Origin: Alphaproteobacteria bacterium
GTDB lineage: Bacteria > Pseudomonadota > Alphaproteobacteria > UBA6615
Length of the DNA stretch: 64,000 nt
Assembly (NCBI GenBank): GCA_049601915.1
Contig: JBMYRB010000001.1
Location: 138,344 to 202,343, forward strand
Direction of reading: 5' to 3'
In this document: piece by piece, positions 11,390 through 20,530 of the stretch
Numbering within the stretch: the first letter of the stretch is position 1
Layout: the number at the start of each line of letters is the position of its first letter
Translations under genes and position numbers: made by a program
The notes under the pieces: model-generated
Told to the model about the DNA's origin: nothing
Databases searched by the model: none
What the model saw: only the letters and a program-made list of their open reading frames with translations

Positions 11390-12757
11390 CTACCAGGCGT
11401 ACTCCTCGAACGCCCGGTTCACGTCATGGTTCCAGCGGCCCTCGAAGGCCGCGAGCTTGTTCTCCGCCGGGGTCAGGCCGCTGTCGACGATCTGTTCCAG
11501 GGTCGCCAGGAAATGGGTCTCGTCCTGACCCCAGAAATCCAGCCGCGCGCGGTTGCGCAGCCCCGTGCGCGAAATCTCCAGCGCCTCAAGGGCGAGCTCG
11601 AGCATCGAACGGTTGCGGAACGGCGTCGCGAGGCCTTGCGATGGCACATTGTTGCGCAAGTCCACCACCTCGTCGGCCGTCCAGTCGGCGATCATGTCCG
11701 AGGCCGCATCCAGCGCGGCATCGTCATACAGCAGGCCAACCCAGAAGGCCGGGAGCGCGCAAACACGCCGCCACGGCCCGCCGTCGGCCCCGCGCATTTC
11801 GAGAAACTGCTTCAGGCGAACTTCGGGGAACAGCGTCGTCGTGTGGTCGGTCCAGTCGCCCATGGTCGCCCGCTCGCCCGGCAGGGCCGCCAGGTTGCCG
11901 GCCATAAAGTCCCGAAAAGACTGACCCGACGCATCGATATAGGCGCCGTCGCGGTAGACGAAATACATCGGTGTATCGAGCACATAATCGACATACTGCT
12001 CGTAGCCGAAATTATCATCGAACACGAAAGGCAGGATACCCGAGCGGTCGTTATCCGTATCGGTCCAGACATGGCTGCGCAGGCTCAGATAGTCGGTGCG
12101 CTTGCCTTCCCGGAACGGTGAATTCGCGAACATCGCCGTGGCGACCGGTTGCAGCGCCATCGCGACACGCATCTTGCGCGCCATATCGGCCTCGCTGTCA
12201 AAATCCAGATTCACCTGAACGGTGCAGGTGCGCAGCATCATATCTAGGCCCATGGTGCCGACCTTGGTCATGTATTCGCGCATCACCTTGTAACGTCCCT
12301 TGGGCATCCACGGTGCGTCCTCGCGCTTGAGGAACGGATGGAAGCCGATGCCGAGCATGGCGACGCCGAGCTCGCGGTTGACCTCGCGCAGCTGCTTCAG
12401 ATGCTCATGCACTTCGTCACACGTCTGGTGCAATGTCTCGAGCGGCGCGCCCGAGAGCTCAAACTGTCCGCCCGGCTCCAGCGATATGTTGGCGCCGCTA
12501 TCACCGGTCAATGCGATGACGTTCTCGCCCTCATAGACAGGCTTCCAGCCGAAACGCTGCAACCCCTCCAGCAAATCGCGGATGCCCGGCGTGCTGTCGT
12601 AAGACAGCGGCGCATGGTCCGACTGCCGGAAGGCGAACTTCTCGTGCTCGGTGCCGATCCGCCATGCCTCACGCGGCTTCTCGCCTTCGGCGAACCACGC
12701 GATGAGTTGATCCTTGGATTCGATGACCGGACCGCCACCCGAGGATGGTGCTGCCAT
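11390..12757 (-). CDS. gshA: glutamate--cysteine ligase (plant/alphaproteobacterial GCS2 type)
   Basis: 455 aa. Length and sequence character match the GCS2 family, and rsmE-gshA synteny is typical of alphaproteobacteria. Confidence 0.88.
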   Translation of the reverse strand: MAAPSSGGGPVIESKDQLIAWFAEGEKPREAWRIGTEHEKFAFRQSDHAPLSYDSTPGIRDLLEGLQRFGWKPVYEGENVIALTGDSGANISLEPGGQFELSGAPLETLHQTCDEVHEHLKQLREVNRELGVAMLGIGFHPFLKREDAPWMPKGRYKVMREYMTKVGTMGLDMMLRTCTVQVNLDFDSEADMARKMRVAMALQPVATAMFANSPFREGKRTDYLSLRSHVWTDTDNDRSGILPFVFDDNFGYEQYVDYVLDTPMYFVYRDGAYIDASGQSFRDFMAGNLAALPGERATMGDWTDHTTTLFPEVRLKQFLEMRGADGGPWRRVCALPAFWVGLLYDDAALDAASDMIADWTADEVVDLRNNVPSQGLATPFRNRSMLELALEALEISRTGLRNRARLDFWGQDETHFLATLEQIVDSGLTPAENKLAAFEGRWNHDVNRAFEEYAW

Positions 12758-12782
12758 GCTGAAATGTCCTGACTAGTACCGG

Positions 12783-13550
12783 TTAACCTATGCGCCCGGA
12801 ACGCCAGTCCCCGGCAACGGCTTGTACAACGGCAAGGGCCGCCAATGCGGCCGTGTCGGCGCGCAGCACGCGCGGCCCAAACCCGACAGGTGTAACAAAG
12901 GGTAGATCACGCAATTGGTCAAGCTCGTCAGGCGCAAAGCCGCCCTCCGGTCCTGTCATGACTGCAATGGGTACGGGACTTTCCATTAGTTCCGCCGCGA
13001 CATCCGAGATCGGTCGGCCGGCACCGGTTTCATCGCCAACCAGCATCCGCCGTTCGGCCGGCCATCCTTCAAGGAGCGCGGGCAATCGCAGCGGCTCGGC
13101 GACCGTCGGCACGCTGAGGCGTTCGGATTGCTCGGCCGCCTCGATGGCATTGGCGTGCAAGCGACGGGTGTTGACCCGCTCGGAGTTGGTTCGGGCAGTG
13201 ATTACTGGCACGATCCGCGAGACCCCGAGCTCGGTCGCCTTGGTCACCACGAAATTGACGGCCGTGCGCTTGATCGGGGCAAAGACCAGCCAGAGGTCGG
13301 GTTCCAGGGCCTGGTCACGAATTCGCTCACCGAGGACCACACTGACCGCGCCCCGGCGCATTTCGACGATCTCCGCCCAGAACTCGCCGTCTCGACCGTT
13401 AAACACGGCAACGCGATCACCGACGCCCCGGCGCATTACATTCTGTAGGTAATAGCTCTGGTCACGCCCCAGGGTTAGTCCGGCGGCGGCGACCAGATCG
13501 TCTTCCACGAACAGGCGGATACGGGTGAAATCTGTCGGGGTTTCGGGCAT
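12783..13550 (-). CDS. rsmE: 16S rRNA (uracil1498-N3)-methyltransferase
   Basis: RsmE-like (FTRIRLFVEDDL ... TGPEGGFAPDE). Start set at the internal ATG MPETPTDF. Confidence 0.85.
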   Translation of the reverse strand: MPETPTDFTRIRLFVEDDLVAAAGLTLGRDQSYYLQNVMRRGVGDRVAVFNGRDGEFWAEIVEMRRGAVSVVLGERIRDQALEPDLWLVFAPIKRTAVNFVVTKATELGVSRIVPVITARTNSERVNTRRLHANAIEAAEQSERLSVPTVAEPLRLPALLEGWPAERRMLVGDETGAGRPISDVAAELMESPVPIAVMTGPEGGFAPDELDQLRDLPFVTPVGFGPRVLRADTAALAALAVVQAVAGDWRSGRIG

Positions 13551-13601
13551 CGGGTAAATCCGGGATTGGGGATAACACCCCGTCTGGGCTAACAATGCGC
13601 C

Positions 13602-14528
13602 ATGCACGACGCCCCCCATCATAACGCCAGTGACATCCCACGCGGCAACTGGCTCGATCGTTTCGCGCCCGCACCCGCGCGGCCCTATGCGCGGCTGATG
13701 CGTCTCGATCGGCCGATCGGCACCTGGTTGTTGCTGCTGCCGGGCTGGTGGGCGCTGGCGATCCCGGCGGAACCGGGCGCTTGGCCGAACTTCTATTGGG
13801 TCGCCTTATTCGGGGTCGGCGCGATCCTGATGCGCGGCGCGGGCTGCGTCATCAACGATTTCTTCGACCGGGATTTCGACGCGCGCGTCGCGCGAACCGC
13901 CGACCGGCCCTTGGCCAGCGGCGCCATCAGCGTGCGCGCCGCGCTGGCGTTCCTCGCCCTGCTGCTCGCGGTCAGCTTCGCGATCCTGGTGCAGTTCAAT
14001 CTGTTCGCGGTCGCCATCGGCGCGCTGAGCCTCGCCCTCGTGGTGCCCTATCCGTTGATGAAACGGATCACCTGGTGGCCCCAGGCCTGGCTGGGCCTGA
14101 CTTTCAACTGGGGTGCGCTGCTGGGCTGGGCTGTGGTCCGCGGCGATCTCGATCCCGCGGCATTCGTGCTCTACGCGGCCGGGTTCTTCTGGACGCTCGG
14201 CTACGACACGATCTACGCCCATCAGGACAAGGAAGACGACGCGCTGGTCGGCATCAAATCCACCGCATGCCTGTTCGGTGCGAACTCGCGGCCGTGGATC
14301 GCCGCCTTCTATGTCGTGAGCATCGCCCTTCTCGCGGTCACCGGCTGGATGGAAGCCCTCGCCTGGCCATTCTGGGCCGGGTTGGCCTTGGGCGCCGCGC
14401 AACTTGCCTGGCAGACCCTCTCGATCGATTTCGACGATGCAAAAGATTGCCTAGCGAAGTTCCGCGCCAACCGGGATTTCGGACTGATCATTTTCGCCGC
14501 CGCCATCGCCGGACGGCTGGTGACCTGA
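13602..14528 (+). CDS. ubiA: 4-hydroxybenzoate polyprenyltransferase
   Basis: 308-aa polytopic ORF with the NDFFDRDFDARVARTADRPL prenyltransferase motif. Confidence 0.9.
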   Translation: MHDAPHHNASDIPRGNWLDRFAPAPARPYARLMRLDRPIGTWLLLLPGWWALAIPAEPGAWPNFYWVALFGVGAILMRGAGCVINDFFDRDFDARVARTADRPLASGAISVRAALAFLALLLAVSFAILVQFNLFAVAIGALSLALVVPYPLMKRITWWPQAWLGLTFNWGALLGWAVVRGDLDPAAFVLYAAGFFWTLGYDTIYAHQDKEDDALVGIKSTACLFGANSRPWIAAFYVVSIALLAVTGWMEALAWPFWAGLALGAAQLAWQTLSIDFDDAKDCLAKFRANRDFGLIIFAAAIAGRLVT

Positions 14529-14569
14529 GCGCGGCTTCACGCCGGCATTGTGCCGTTGCGAGTGCGGAC

Positions 14570-15298
14570 TCAGATCTCTTCTACGATGTGCGGCGCGTGG
14601 GCCACAGGCATGGCTGCGGACTGCAAATGTCGGACCCTTGCATCGCGAAGCTCTGAATCTTCGATATGCGCGCGCACGAACGCCGCCAAGTCCTCACCGG
14701 GTGCAATCCGATCGCGCATCGCGGCGAGAGCCTCACGCTGGGACAGGCTCGGCAACTGTCGCCCCTCGGTCGCGATTTCCGACAATGCAATCGGCCGGGT
14801 GCCGTCGCCCACATGGCCGCGAAAACTGAGATAGGCCCAGGCGGCCTCGATGACTTCACCGCCGTCCAGATTGAGTGTCAGGCCCTCGAACCGGGCGAAG
14901 TTGTAGCTGTCGATCTCGGTCGGGTGCATGACCTCGAGCTCGGCATCGTTCAACCAGTTCACGGCCACCGCCACGCGAGTCCCGGGCATGTGCCGCAACG
15001 CCGCCGGCAATGACCCGTAGCTCGAGAAATGCGCGGAGTAGACGACGTCGTGATCATCGAGCCAGGCCCGCTGCACGGGGATCGGCGCGTGATCGGTGCC
15101 GTATTTCTGGCGCAGCCGCAGGGGCGACTGGTTCGACCCGTAGCCGATCACGGGGCGTCGGCCGGCTGTGCGCGCTTTATCAAACGGCGCGGCCTCCCCA
15201 TCGATGAAGGTGAAGGAATGCGCCGTAATGTCATACGGGTAGCCGGCAGCGCGTATCAGGGCCGGGTCGGTGTCGAAGGGGTCTGTCGTCATGGGCAT
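14570..15298 (-). CDS. hypothetical protein with a possible gamma-glutamylcyclotransferase-like N-terminal half
   Basis: About 243 aa. Contains a [10 protein letters not shown] motif resembling the GGCT-fold YGSN signature; the rest is unrecognised. Confidence 0.55.
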   Translation of the reverse strand: MPMTTDPFDTDPALIRAAGYPYDITAHSFTFIDGEAAPFDKARTAGRRPVIGYGSNQSPLRLRQKYGTDHAPIPVQRAWLDDHDVVYSAHFSSYGSLPAALRHMPGTRVAVAVNWLNDAELEVMHPTEIDSYNFARFEGLTLNLDGGEVIEAAWAYLSFRGHVGDGTRPIALSEIATEGRQLPSLSQREALAAMRDRIAPGEDLAAFVRAHIEDSELRDARVRHLQSAAMPVAHAPHIVEEI

Positions 15299-15388
15299 AT
15301 TGTCCTGCGCTGCGCGATGACCCGCAAGCAAACATCCACGAAGCTGGTTCTTGACGTGCGGGCGCGAGACCGGTCTAAGTCCAGCGCC

Positions 15389-16903
15389 ATGCCTTATGCC
15401 AACCTACGCGAATTCATCGACCGCCTGGAACGCGAGGACCGCCTCATCCGGGTGCGCCATCCGGTTGCCTCGAACCTTGAGATGACCGAGATCCAGACCC
15501 GCCTTCTCGCCGAAGGTGGCCCGGCCGTGCTGTTCGAGAATGTCATCTCCGATGACGGTACGCCCAGTCCTATTCCGGTACTGGCCAACCTTTTCGGCAC
15601 CGTCGAACGGGTCGCCTGGGGCATGGACCGCGAGCCCGAACAGCTGCGCGAGATCGGCGAGACGCTCGCCTTTCTGCGCCAGCCCGAACCGCCCGGCGGG
15701 CTGCGTGATGCCTGGGACAAGTTGCCGATCCTGCGCACCGTGATGTCGATGCGCCCCAAGACCGTCTCGTCGGGGCCGGTCCATGAAGTGGTCTGGACCG
15801 GCGACGATATCGATTTGGGCAAGCTGCCCATCCAGACTTGCTGGCCGGGCGAGCCCGCGCCGCTGATTACCTGGCCGCTGGTCGTCACCCAGGGTCCCGA
15901 CCCCGACGGCAAACGCGAGGACGCGTTCAACCTGGGCATCTACCGGATGCAGGTGACCGGCCCCAAATCCACCTATATGCGCTGGCTCAAGCATCGCGGC
16001 GGGGCCCAGCATCACGCCCGATGGAAGGCCGAACGCCCCGAGCCGCTGCCCGCTGCAGTGGTCATCGGCGCCGACCCGGGCACGATCATCGCCGCCGTGA
16101 CCCCCGTCCCCGACAATCTTTCGGAATATCAGTTCGCCGGGCTCCTGCGCGGCAAGCGCCTGGAACTGGTGGACTGCAAGACCGTCCCCCTCAAGGTGCC
16201 CGCGTCGGCCGAGATCGTCATCGAGGGCCATGTCTCTCTCGATGAGTATGGCGACGAGGGCCCTTACGGCGACCACACCGGCTACTACAACTCCGTTGAA
16301 CAGTTCCCTGTGTTTCACGTCAGCGCCATCACCATGCGCCATGACCCGATCTATCTCTCGACCTTCACCGGCCGGCCGCCCGACGAACCGTCGGTCCTGG
16401 GCGAAGCGCTGAACGATGTATTCGTGCCATTGCTCCGCCAGGCCCTCCCGGAGATCACCGATTTCTGGCTGCCGCCCGAGGGCTGCTCCTACCGGATCGC
16501 CGTAGTCTCCATGCGCAAGGCATATCCCGGTCACGCCAAGCGGGTGATGATGGGTGTGTGGTCCTATCTGCGCCAGTTCATGTACACGAAATGGGTAATC
16601 GTCGTGGACGACGACATCGACGCGCGCGACTGGAAGGACGTGATGTGGGCGATCTCGACCCGCATGGACCCCGCGCGCGACATCACCGTTATCGAGAACA
16701 CCCCCATCGACTATCTCGACTTCGCGTCACCCGTCTCCAGCCTCGGCAGCAAGATCGGGCTCGACGCGACGAACAAGATTCCGCCCGAGACCGACCGGGA
16801 ATGGGGCCGCGAGATCCGCATGGATGACGAAGTGGTCGATAAAGTCTCCGCGATGTGGGACGATTTGGGGCTGCCCGGGTCGGGCAAGCCGATCTGGAAG
16901 TAA
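15389..16903 (+). CDS. ubiD: 4-hydroxy-3-polyprenylbenzoate decarboxylase
   Basis: Start at [17 protein letters not shown]; contains [10 protein letters not shown]. The upstream 120 codons of the track ORF overlap the divergent gene and are rejected. Confidence 0.93.
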   Translation: MPYANLREFIDRLEREDRLIRVRHPVASNLEMTEIQTRLLAEGGPAVLFENVISDDGTPSPIPVLANLFGTVERVAWGMDREPEQLREIGETLAFLRQPEPPGGLRDAWDKLPILRTVMSMRPKTVSSGPVHEVVWTGDDIDLGKLPIQTCWPGEPAPLITWPLVVTQGPDPDGKREDAFNLGIYRMQVTGPKSTYMRWLKHRGGAQHHARWKAERPEPLPAAVVIGADPGTIIAAVTPVPDNLSEYQFAGLLRGKRLELVDCKTVPLKVPASAEIVIEGHVSLDEYGDEGPYGDHTGYYNSVEQFPVFHVSAITMRHDPIYLSTFTGRPPDEPSVLGEALNDVFVPLLRQALPEITDFWLPPEGCSYRIAVVSMRKAYPGHAKRVMMGVWSYLRQFMYTKWVIVVDDDIDARDWKDVMWAISTRMDPARDITVIENTPIDYLDFASPVSSLGSKIGLDATNKIPPETDREWGREIRMDDEVVDKVSAMWDDLGLPGSGKPIWK

Positions 16904-16945
16904 CGATGCCGCGCCCGGCAGCCGTTCGGACAAAAGGACAAAGTC

Positions 16946-17419
16946 ATGGAAGCGATTGTGGCTGTCGCCCCCGTCAACACGATGCTGGTTGCCGCCTTGC
17001 TGGGGCTAATGAAACTCGCGCTGGGTGTCAGCGTCACCAAGTACCGGCTCCAGAACAAGATCATGTGGGGCGATGCCAGTGACGGCGGCATGGCGCGGCG
17101 GATTCGCGCCCACGCCAATTTCACCGAATGGGTGCCGGGAACGCTAATCCTGCTGGGACTGATCGAGATGATGGGTGTCTCGCCAATCATCATCGCTGTC
17201 CTGGGTGCAATGCTCATCATCGCCCGGTGCCTGCACGCCCTCGGGCTGATGGGCAACGCCGAATCGTTCAATCGGGCCACCGGGATCGTGATCAACTGGG
17301 CCACACTCGGCCTTAGTATCCGTTATCGGGATCGTCGAATTTTTTGCACCCGGTACCCTGTAACCCGAGTACAAGGCGCGCGGCGGCGCGAGCAAGATCA
17401 TGTCCGACTCCGATTCTAA
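16946..17419 (+). CDS. MAPEG family membrane protein, paralogue 1; as read it carries a +1 frameshift near 17318 (corrected end would be 17363)
   Basis: 124 aa align without gaps to the second MAPEG ORF (72/124 identical by hand count). The conserved tail SVIGIVEFFAPGTL* is in the next frame. Confidence 0.75.
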   Translation: MEAIVAVAPVNTMLVAALLGLMKLALGVSVTKYRLQNKIMWGDASDGGMARRIRAHANFTEWVPGTLILLGLIEMMGVSPIIIAVLGAMLIIARCLHALGLMGNAESFNRATGIVINWATLGLSIRYRDRRIFCTRYPVTRVQGARRREQDHVRLRF

Positions 17420-18761
17420 TTCCGCGGAAGACCGCAACCGCCTGACCGATCTGGTCAGCGAAGCCAAAAAACGCGGGGCCGATGCGGCGGATGCCGTGCT
17501 TATTCGCTCGACCTCTATTGCCCACGCCCAGCGGCTGGGAGAAATCGAACAGCTCGAACGCCAGGAGAGCTTCGATCTAGGCTTGCGAGTTTTTCGTGGC
17601 CAGAAGCAGGCGATCGTTTCCTCGACAGATTTCTCGAAAGAAGCCCTTTCTGAACTGGTCGGACGCGCCCTCGACATGGCCGCGGCCGTGCCCGACGACC
17701 CCTGGTGCGGTCTGGCTGATCTAGACCAGCTGGCCACGGACATTCCCGATCTCGACATGGTCGACCCGGAAGAGCCCGGCAGCGAGACCCTCGTGGATAT
17801 GGCTCGCGCATGCGAAGACGCCGCGCGAGCGATCGAGGGCATCACCAACTCGGAAGGCGCGCAGGCCAGTTGGAGCCGTACCGGCATATGCCTCGCGGCG
17901 AGCAACGGTTTTGCCGGCGACTATGTCCGGACCGATTCCGGCGTTGGCGTCTCCATCATTGCCGGCGAAGGCGCGGGCATGGAATGCGAATATGACTTCG
18001 CCCACGCCGTCCATATGGGCGACCTCGAAGACCCGGCTGAGGTGGGCCGGCGCGCCGGCGAAAAGGCCGTCGCAAGGCTTGGCGCACGCCGCATGCCGAC
18101 CGCCCAGGTGCCGGTCGTCTTCGATCCGCGCATTGCCGGCGGCCTGCTCGGACATCTCACGGGTGCCGTTACAGGCCCGGCCATAGCGCGCGGGACGAGC
18201 TTCCTTAAGGATCGTCTCGGCGACCAAGTCTTCGCCGCCGGTATCGAGATCATCGACGACCCGCACCGCAAACGCGGCATGCGGTCCAAGCCCTTCGATG
18301 CCGAGGGTATCGCAAACTCGAAACAGTCCATCGTCGAGAACGGCGTGCTAAAGACCTGGCTGCTGGATCTCGCCTCGGCCAAGCAACTCGGCCTCGAGAC
18401 CACCGGCCATGCCGGGCGCGGCACATCGGGCGCGCCCTCGCCGGGACCGTCGAACCTGTATCTGACTCCGGGGAAACTGTCCCCGGCCGAGCTCATGGCC
18501 GACATCAATGCAGGCCTCTACATCACCTCGCTCATGGGCATGGGCGTGAACGGCGTGACCGGCGACTACAGCCGCGGGGCCTCGGGGTTCTGGATCGAGA
18601 ATGGCGAAATCAGCTTCCCCGTGACCGAGCTGACGATCGCGGGAAACCTGCAGCAGATGTTTTCGGAAATGTCCCGGGCGGATGATCTCGAGTTCCGCTA
18701 CGGGACCAACAGCCCCACCGTTCGCATCGACGGCATGACCGTGGCCGGCGGCGGCGAATAG
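17400..18761 (+). CDS. pmbA: metalloprotease PmbA/TldE
   Basis: 453 aa in the PmbA_TldD family (GMGVNGVTGDYSRGASGFWIENGE). It is the partner of tldD, which lies 9 kb to the left. Confidence 0.92.
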   Translation: MSDSDSNSAEDRNRLTDLVSEAKKRGADAADAVLIRSTSIAHAQRLGEIEQLERQESFDLGLRVFRGQKQAIVSSTDFSKEALSELVGRALDMAAAVPDDPWCGLADLDQLATDIPDLDMVDPEEPGSETLVDMARACEDAARAIEGITNSEGAQASWSRTGICLAASNGFAGDYVRTDSGVGVSIIAGEGAGMECEYDFAHAVHMGDLEDPAEVGRRAGEKAVARLGARRMPTAQVPVVFDPRIAGGLLGHLTGAVTGPAIARGTSFLKDRLGDQVFAAGIEIIDDPHRKRGMRSKPFDAEGIANSKQSIVENGVLKTWLLDLASAKQLGLETTGHAGRGTSGAPSPGPSNLYLTPGKLSPAELMADINAGLYITSLMGMGVNGVTGDYSRGASGFWIENGEISFPVTELTIAGNLQQMFSEMSRADDLEFRYGTNSPTVRIDGMTVAGGGE

Positions 18762-18995
18762 GCGGACGCTCCCGCAACACGTCACCGCAATATCTTCGCG
18801 GCCTGTAATATGCGCGTATTGACTTGGCGTGGCCGAGATCCAGTTTAAACGGCACGGCGGTACGCCGCCCGTCCGTTAGATATACATCAAAACCATGTCC
18901 GGGATTTCTCGGCAGTATCGACTCACACACATTGGGATCGTCGATCTGAAAACAGGGATCTCGCGTTCCGCCGGTCCAGAATTTTGGGGGTAATC

Positions 18996-19412
18996 ATGGA
19001 ATCTTTTGCCGCTGAAGCACCGTTCATCACGCTGTTTGTCTCATCCTTGCTGGTGTTGATGAAACTCGTCCTCGGCCTTCGGGTCAGCCTGTATCGCAAC
19101 AAGATTAACGTAGCCTGGGGCGACAATGGTGATGACCAACTCATTCGCCGTATCCGCGCGCATGCCAACCATTCGGAATGGGTCCCGGCGACGGTCATCA
19201 TTCTGGGGTTGGTCGAAATGGTCGGTGTGCAGCCGGTCATTGTCGGCGTGCTCGGGGCGATCGTGTTGATTTCGCGCAGCCTTCATGCCATCGGCCTGAT
19301 GGGCAACGCCGAGAGCTTCAACCGTGCCAGCGGCATCGCCATGAACTGGATCGCGCTGCTGCTCGCATCGATCATCGGCATCGTCGAGTTCTTCGCACCC
19401 GGAAGCTTCTAG
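18996..19412 (+). CDS. MAPEG family membrane protein, paralogue 2
   Basis: The ATG at 18996 is preceded by GGGGG. Contains RRIRAHANHSEWVP and GLMGNAESFNR motifs shared with paralogue 1. Confidence 0.8.
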   Translation: MESFAAEAPFITLFVSSLLVLMKLVLGLRVSLYRNKINVAWGDNGDDQLIRRIRAHANHSEWVPATVIILGLVEMVGVQPVIVGVLGAIVLISRSLHAIGLMGNAESFNRASGIAMNWIALLLASIIGIVEFFAPGSF

Positions 19413-19432
19413 CCCGGGAGCCCATCAAGGTA

Positions 19433-19452
19433 GACGACATATGCATGTCGTC
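19433..19452. terminator. hairpin GACGACAT-ATGC-ATGTCGTC between convergent genes
   Basis: Perfect 8-bp stem with a 4-nt loop between MAPEG-2 and the lipid kinase. There is no clear U-run on either side. Confidence 0.3.
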
Positions 19453-19463
19453 GATTAACGCGC

Positions 19464-20357
19464 TCAAGCGGGTTGCAGGACCGGCAGTATCTTGTCCGAT
19501 ATGCCAATCTGTACGGGAAGCTTGCACACGATGTCCCCGTCGCCCTGGACCGGCTCGTCGGAATCGCATCCGGGGCCCTGCTCGACCGTGAGCGCCTGGG
19601 CTTGCACGACGTCGAAATCGTCAAACCGCGACAACCGGCCACTCAGCATGCCCCAAAGATAGCGCAACGCATTCCAGCGACCCGTACGCCGGAAAAGACA
19701 CACCTGCAGATCCGCGCTCTCCAGCGATGCGTCGGGGGCGAGCACGAATGGCCCGCCATAGTAACGGCCGTTCGCAATGACGACCGACGATGCCAGCTCC
19801 AGGTGCCCATCGATCAGCACCCGGTAGGTCCGCGGCTTGTACTCGACAAGTTCGACCAATGATCGCAGCACGTAGGCGAGCTTGCCGAACCGGCGCTTGA
19901 TCCGGAGGTTTACATTCGCAACCACATGGGCATCGAAACCGATACCCGACATCATCACGAAATGCCGCCCATTCGCGTGGCCCAAAGAAATAGGGCGTCT
20001 GTTTCCCGCCAGTATCGTGTCCGCGACCGTGTCCGGCGACATGGGATTTATGCCCAGTTCACGGGCCAGTACATTCGCCGTGCCCAGCGGCACGATCCCG
20101 AGCGTGCAATCATCGTCACGGTCGCGCAACCCGTTTACGATCTCGTTTATCGTCCCATCACCGCCCGCTGCAATGACGACATCGCAGTCCGTCGACCGGC
20201 GTGCAATTCTGTCGGCGTCGCGCGGACCGGCTGTCTCGCAAACAATGACCGACATGCCGTGCGAGGTCATATGTGCCAGTGCCGCCCGCAAACGCTTGCT
20301 CCGCCGGGGACCCGCCATCGGGTTGAAGATCAACAGACTGTCGCCCACCGCATGCAT
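19464..20357 (-). CDS. diacylglycerol-kinase catalytic-domain lipid kinase (YegS/BmrU-like)
   Basis: LLIFNPMAG ... AAGGDGTINEIVNGL ... GIVPLGTANV motifs. Start taken at the ATG (MHAVGDS); a TTG at 20390 is possible. Confidence 0.85.
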   Translation of the reverse strand: MHAVGDSLLIFNPMAGPRRSKRLRAALAHMTSHGMSVIVCETAGPRDADRIARRSTDCDVVIAAGGDGTINEIVNGLRDRDDDCTLGIVPLGTANVLARELGINPMSPDTVADTILAGNRRPISLGHANGRHFVMMSGIGFDAHVVANVNLRIKRRFGKLAYVLRSLVELVEYKPRTYRVLIDGHLELASSVVIANGRYYGGPFVLAPDASLESADLQVCLFRRTGRWNALRYLWGMLSGRLSRFDDFDVVQAQALTVEQGPGCDSDEPVQGDGDIVCKLPVQIGISDKILPVLQPA

Positions 20358-20410
20358 CCTTCTGCAGGCCTTCCCACAAGAGGCCAACAAGACAGGTTTA
20401 TGTTATAGCC

Positions 20411-20451
20411 ATATTGCGGTGATATTGCGGAAATATTTCTGTATGTATCTG
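20411..20451. promoter_or_regulatory. four phased direct repeats in the divergent control region
   Basis: ATATTGCGG (20411), ATATTGCGG (20422), ATATTTCTG (20433) and ATGTATCTG (20443), spaced 11, 11 and 10 bp, in an AT-rich 140-bp intergenic region. Confidence 0.45.
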
Positions 20452-20530
20452 TTTTTAATCGATATTTATCGTCGCAATTACGCCTGCACCATACATGTAG
20501 GGGGGAGTTTGATGAACGATCGAGCGCTCC

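Noticed and set aside
18895-18993. A 32-codon upstream ORF (MSGISRQYRLTHIGIVDLKTGISRSAGPEFWG) ending 2 nt before the MAPEG-2 ATG, inside the 220-bp spacer after pmbA.
   Set aside because: It has no Shine-Dalgarno sequence and no recognisable peptide features, and I cannot assess conservation. It may be chance. The spacer also showed only a short GGCGG-TACG-CCGCC hairpin, which is not enough to call an sRNA or riboswitch.
20439-20455. A Pho-box-like CTGTATG-TAT-CTGTTTT upstream of the plcP-like gene.
   Set aside because: Only 4/7 and 5/7 matches to CTGTCAT, and the phasing is 10 bp rather than 11 bp. This is too degenerate to call without a position weight matrix scan. It is mentioned only as context for the phased ATATTGCGG repeats.
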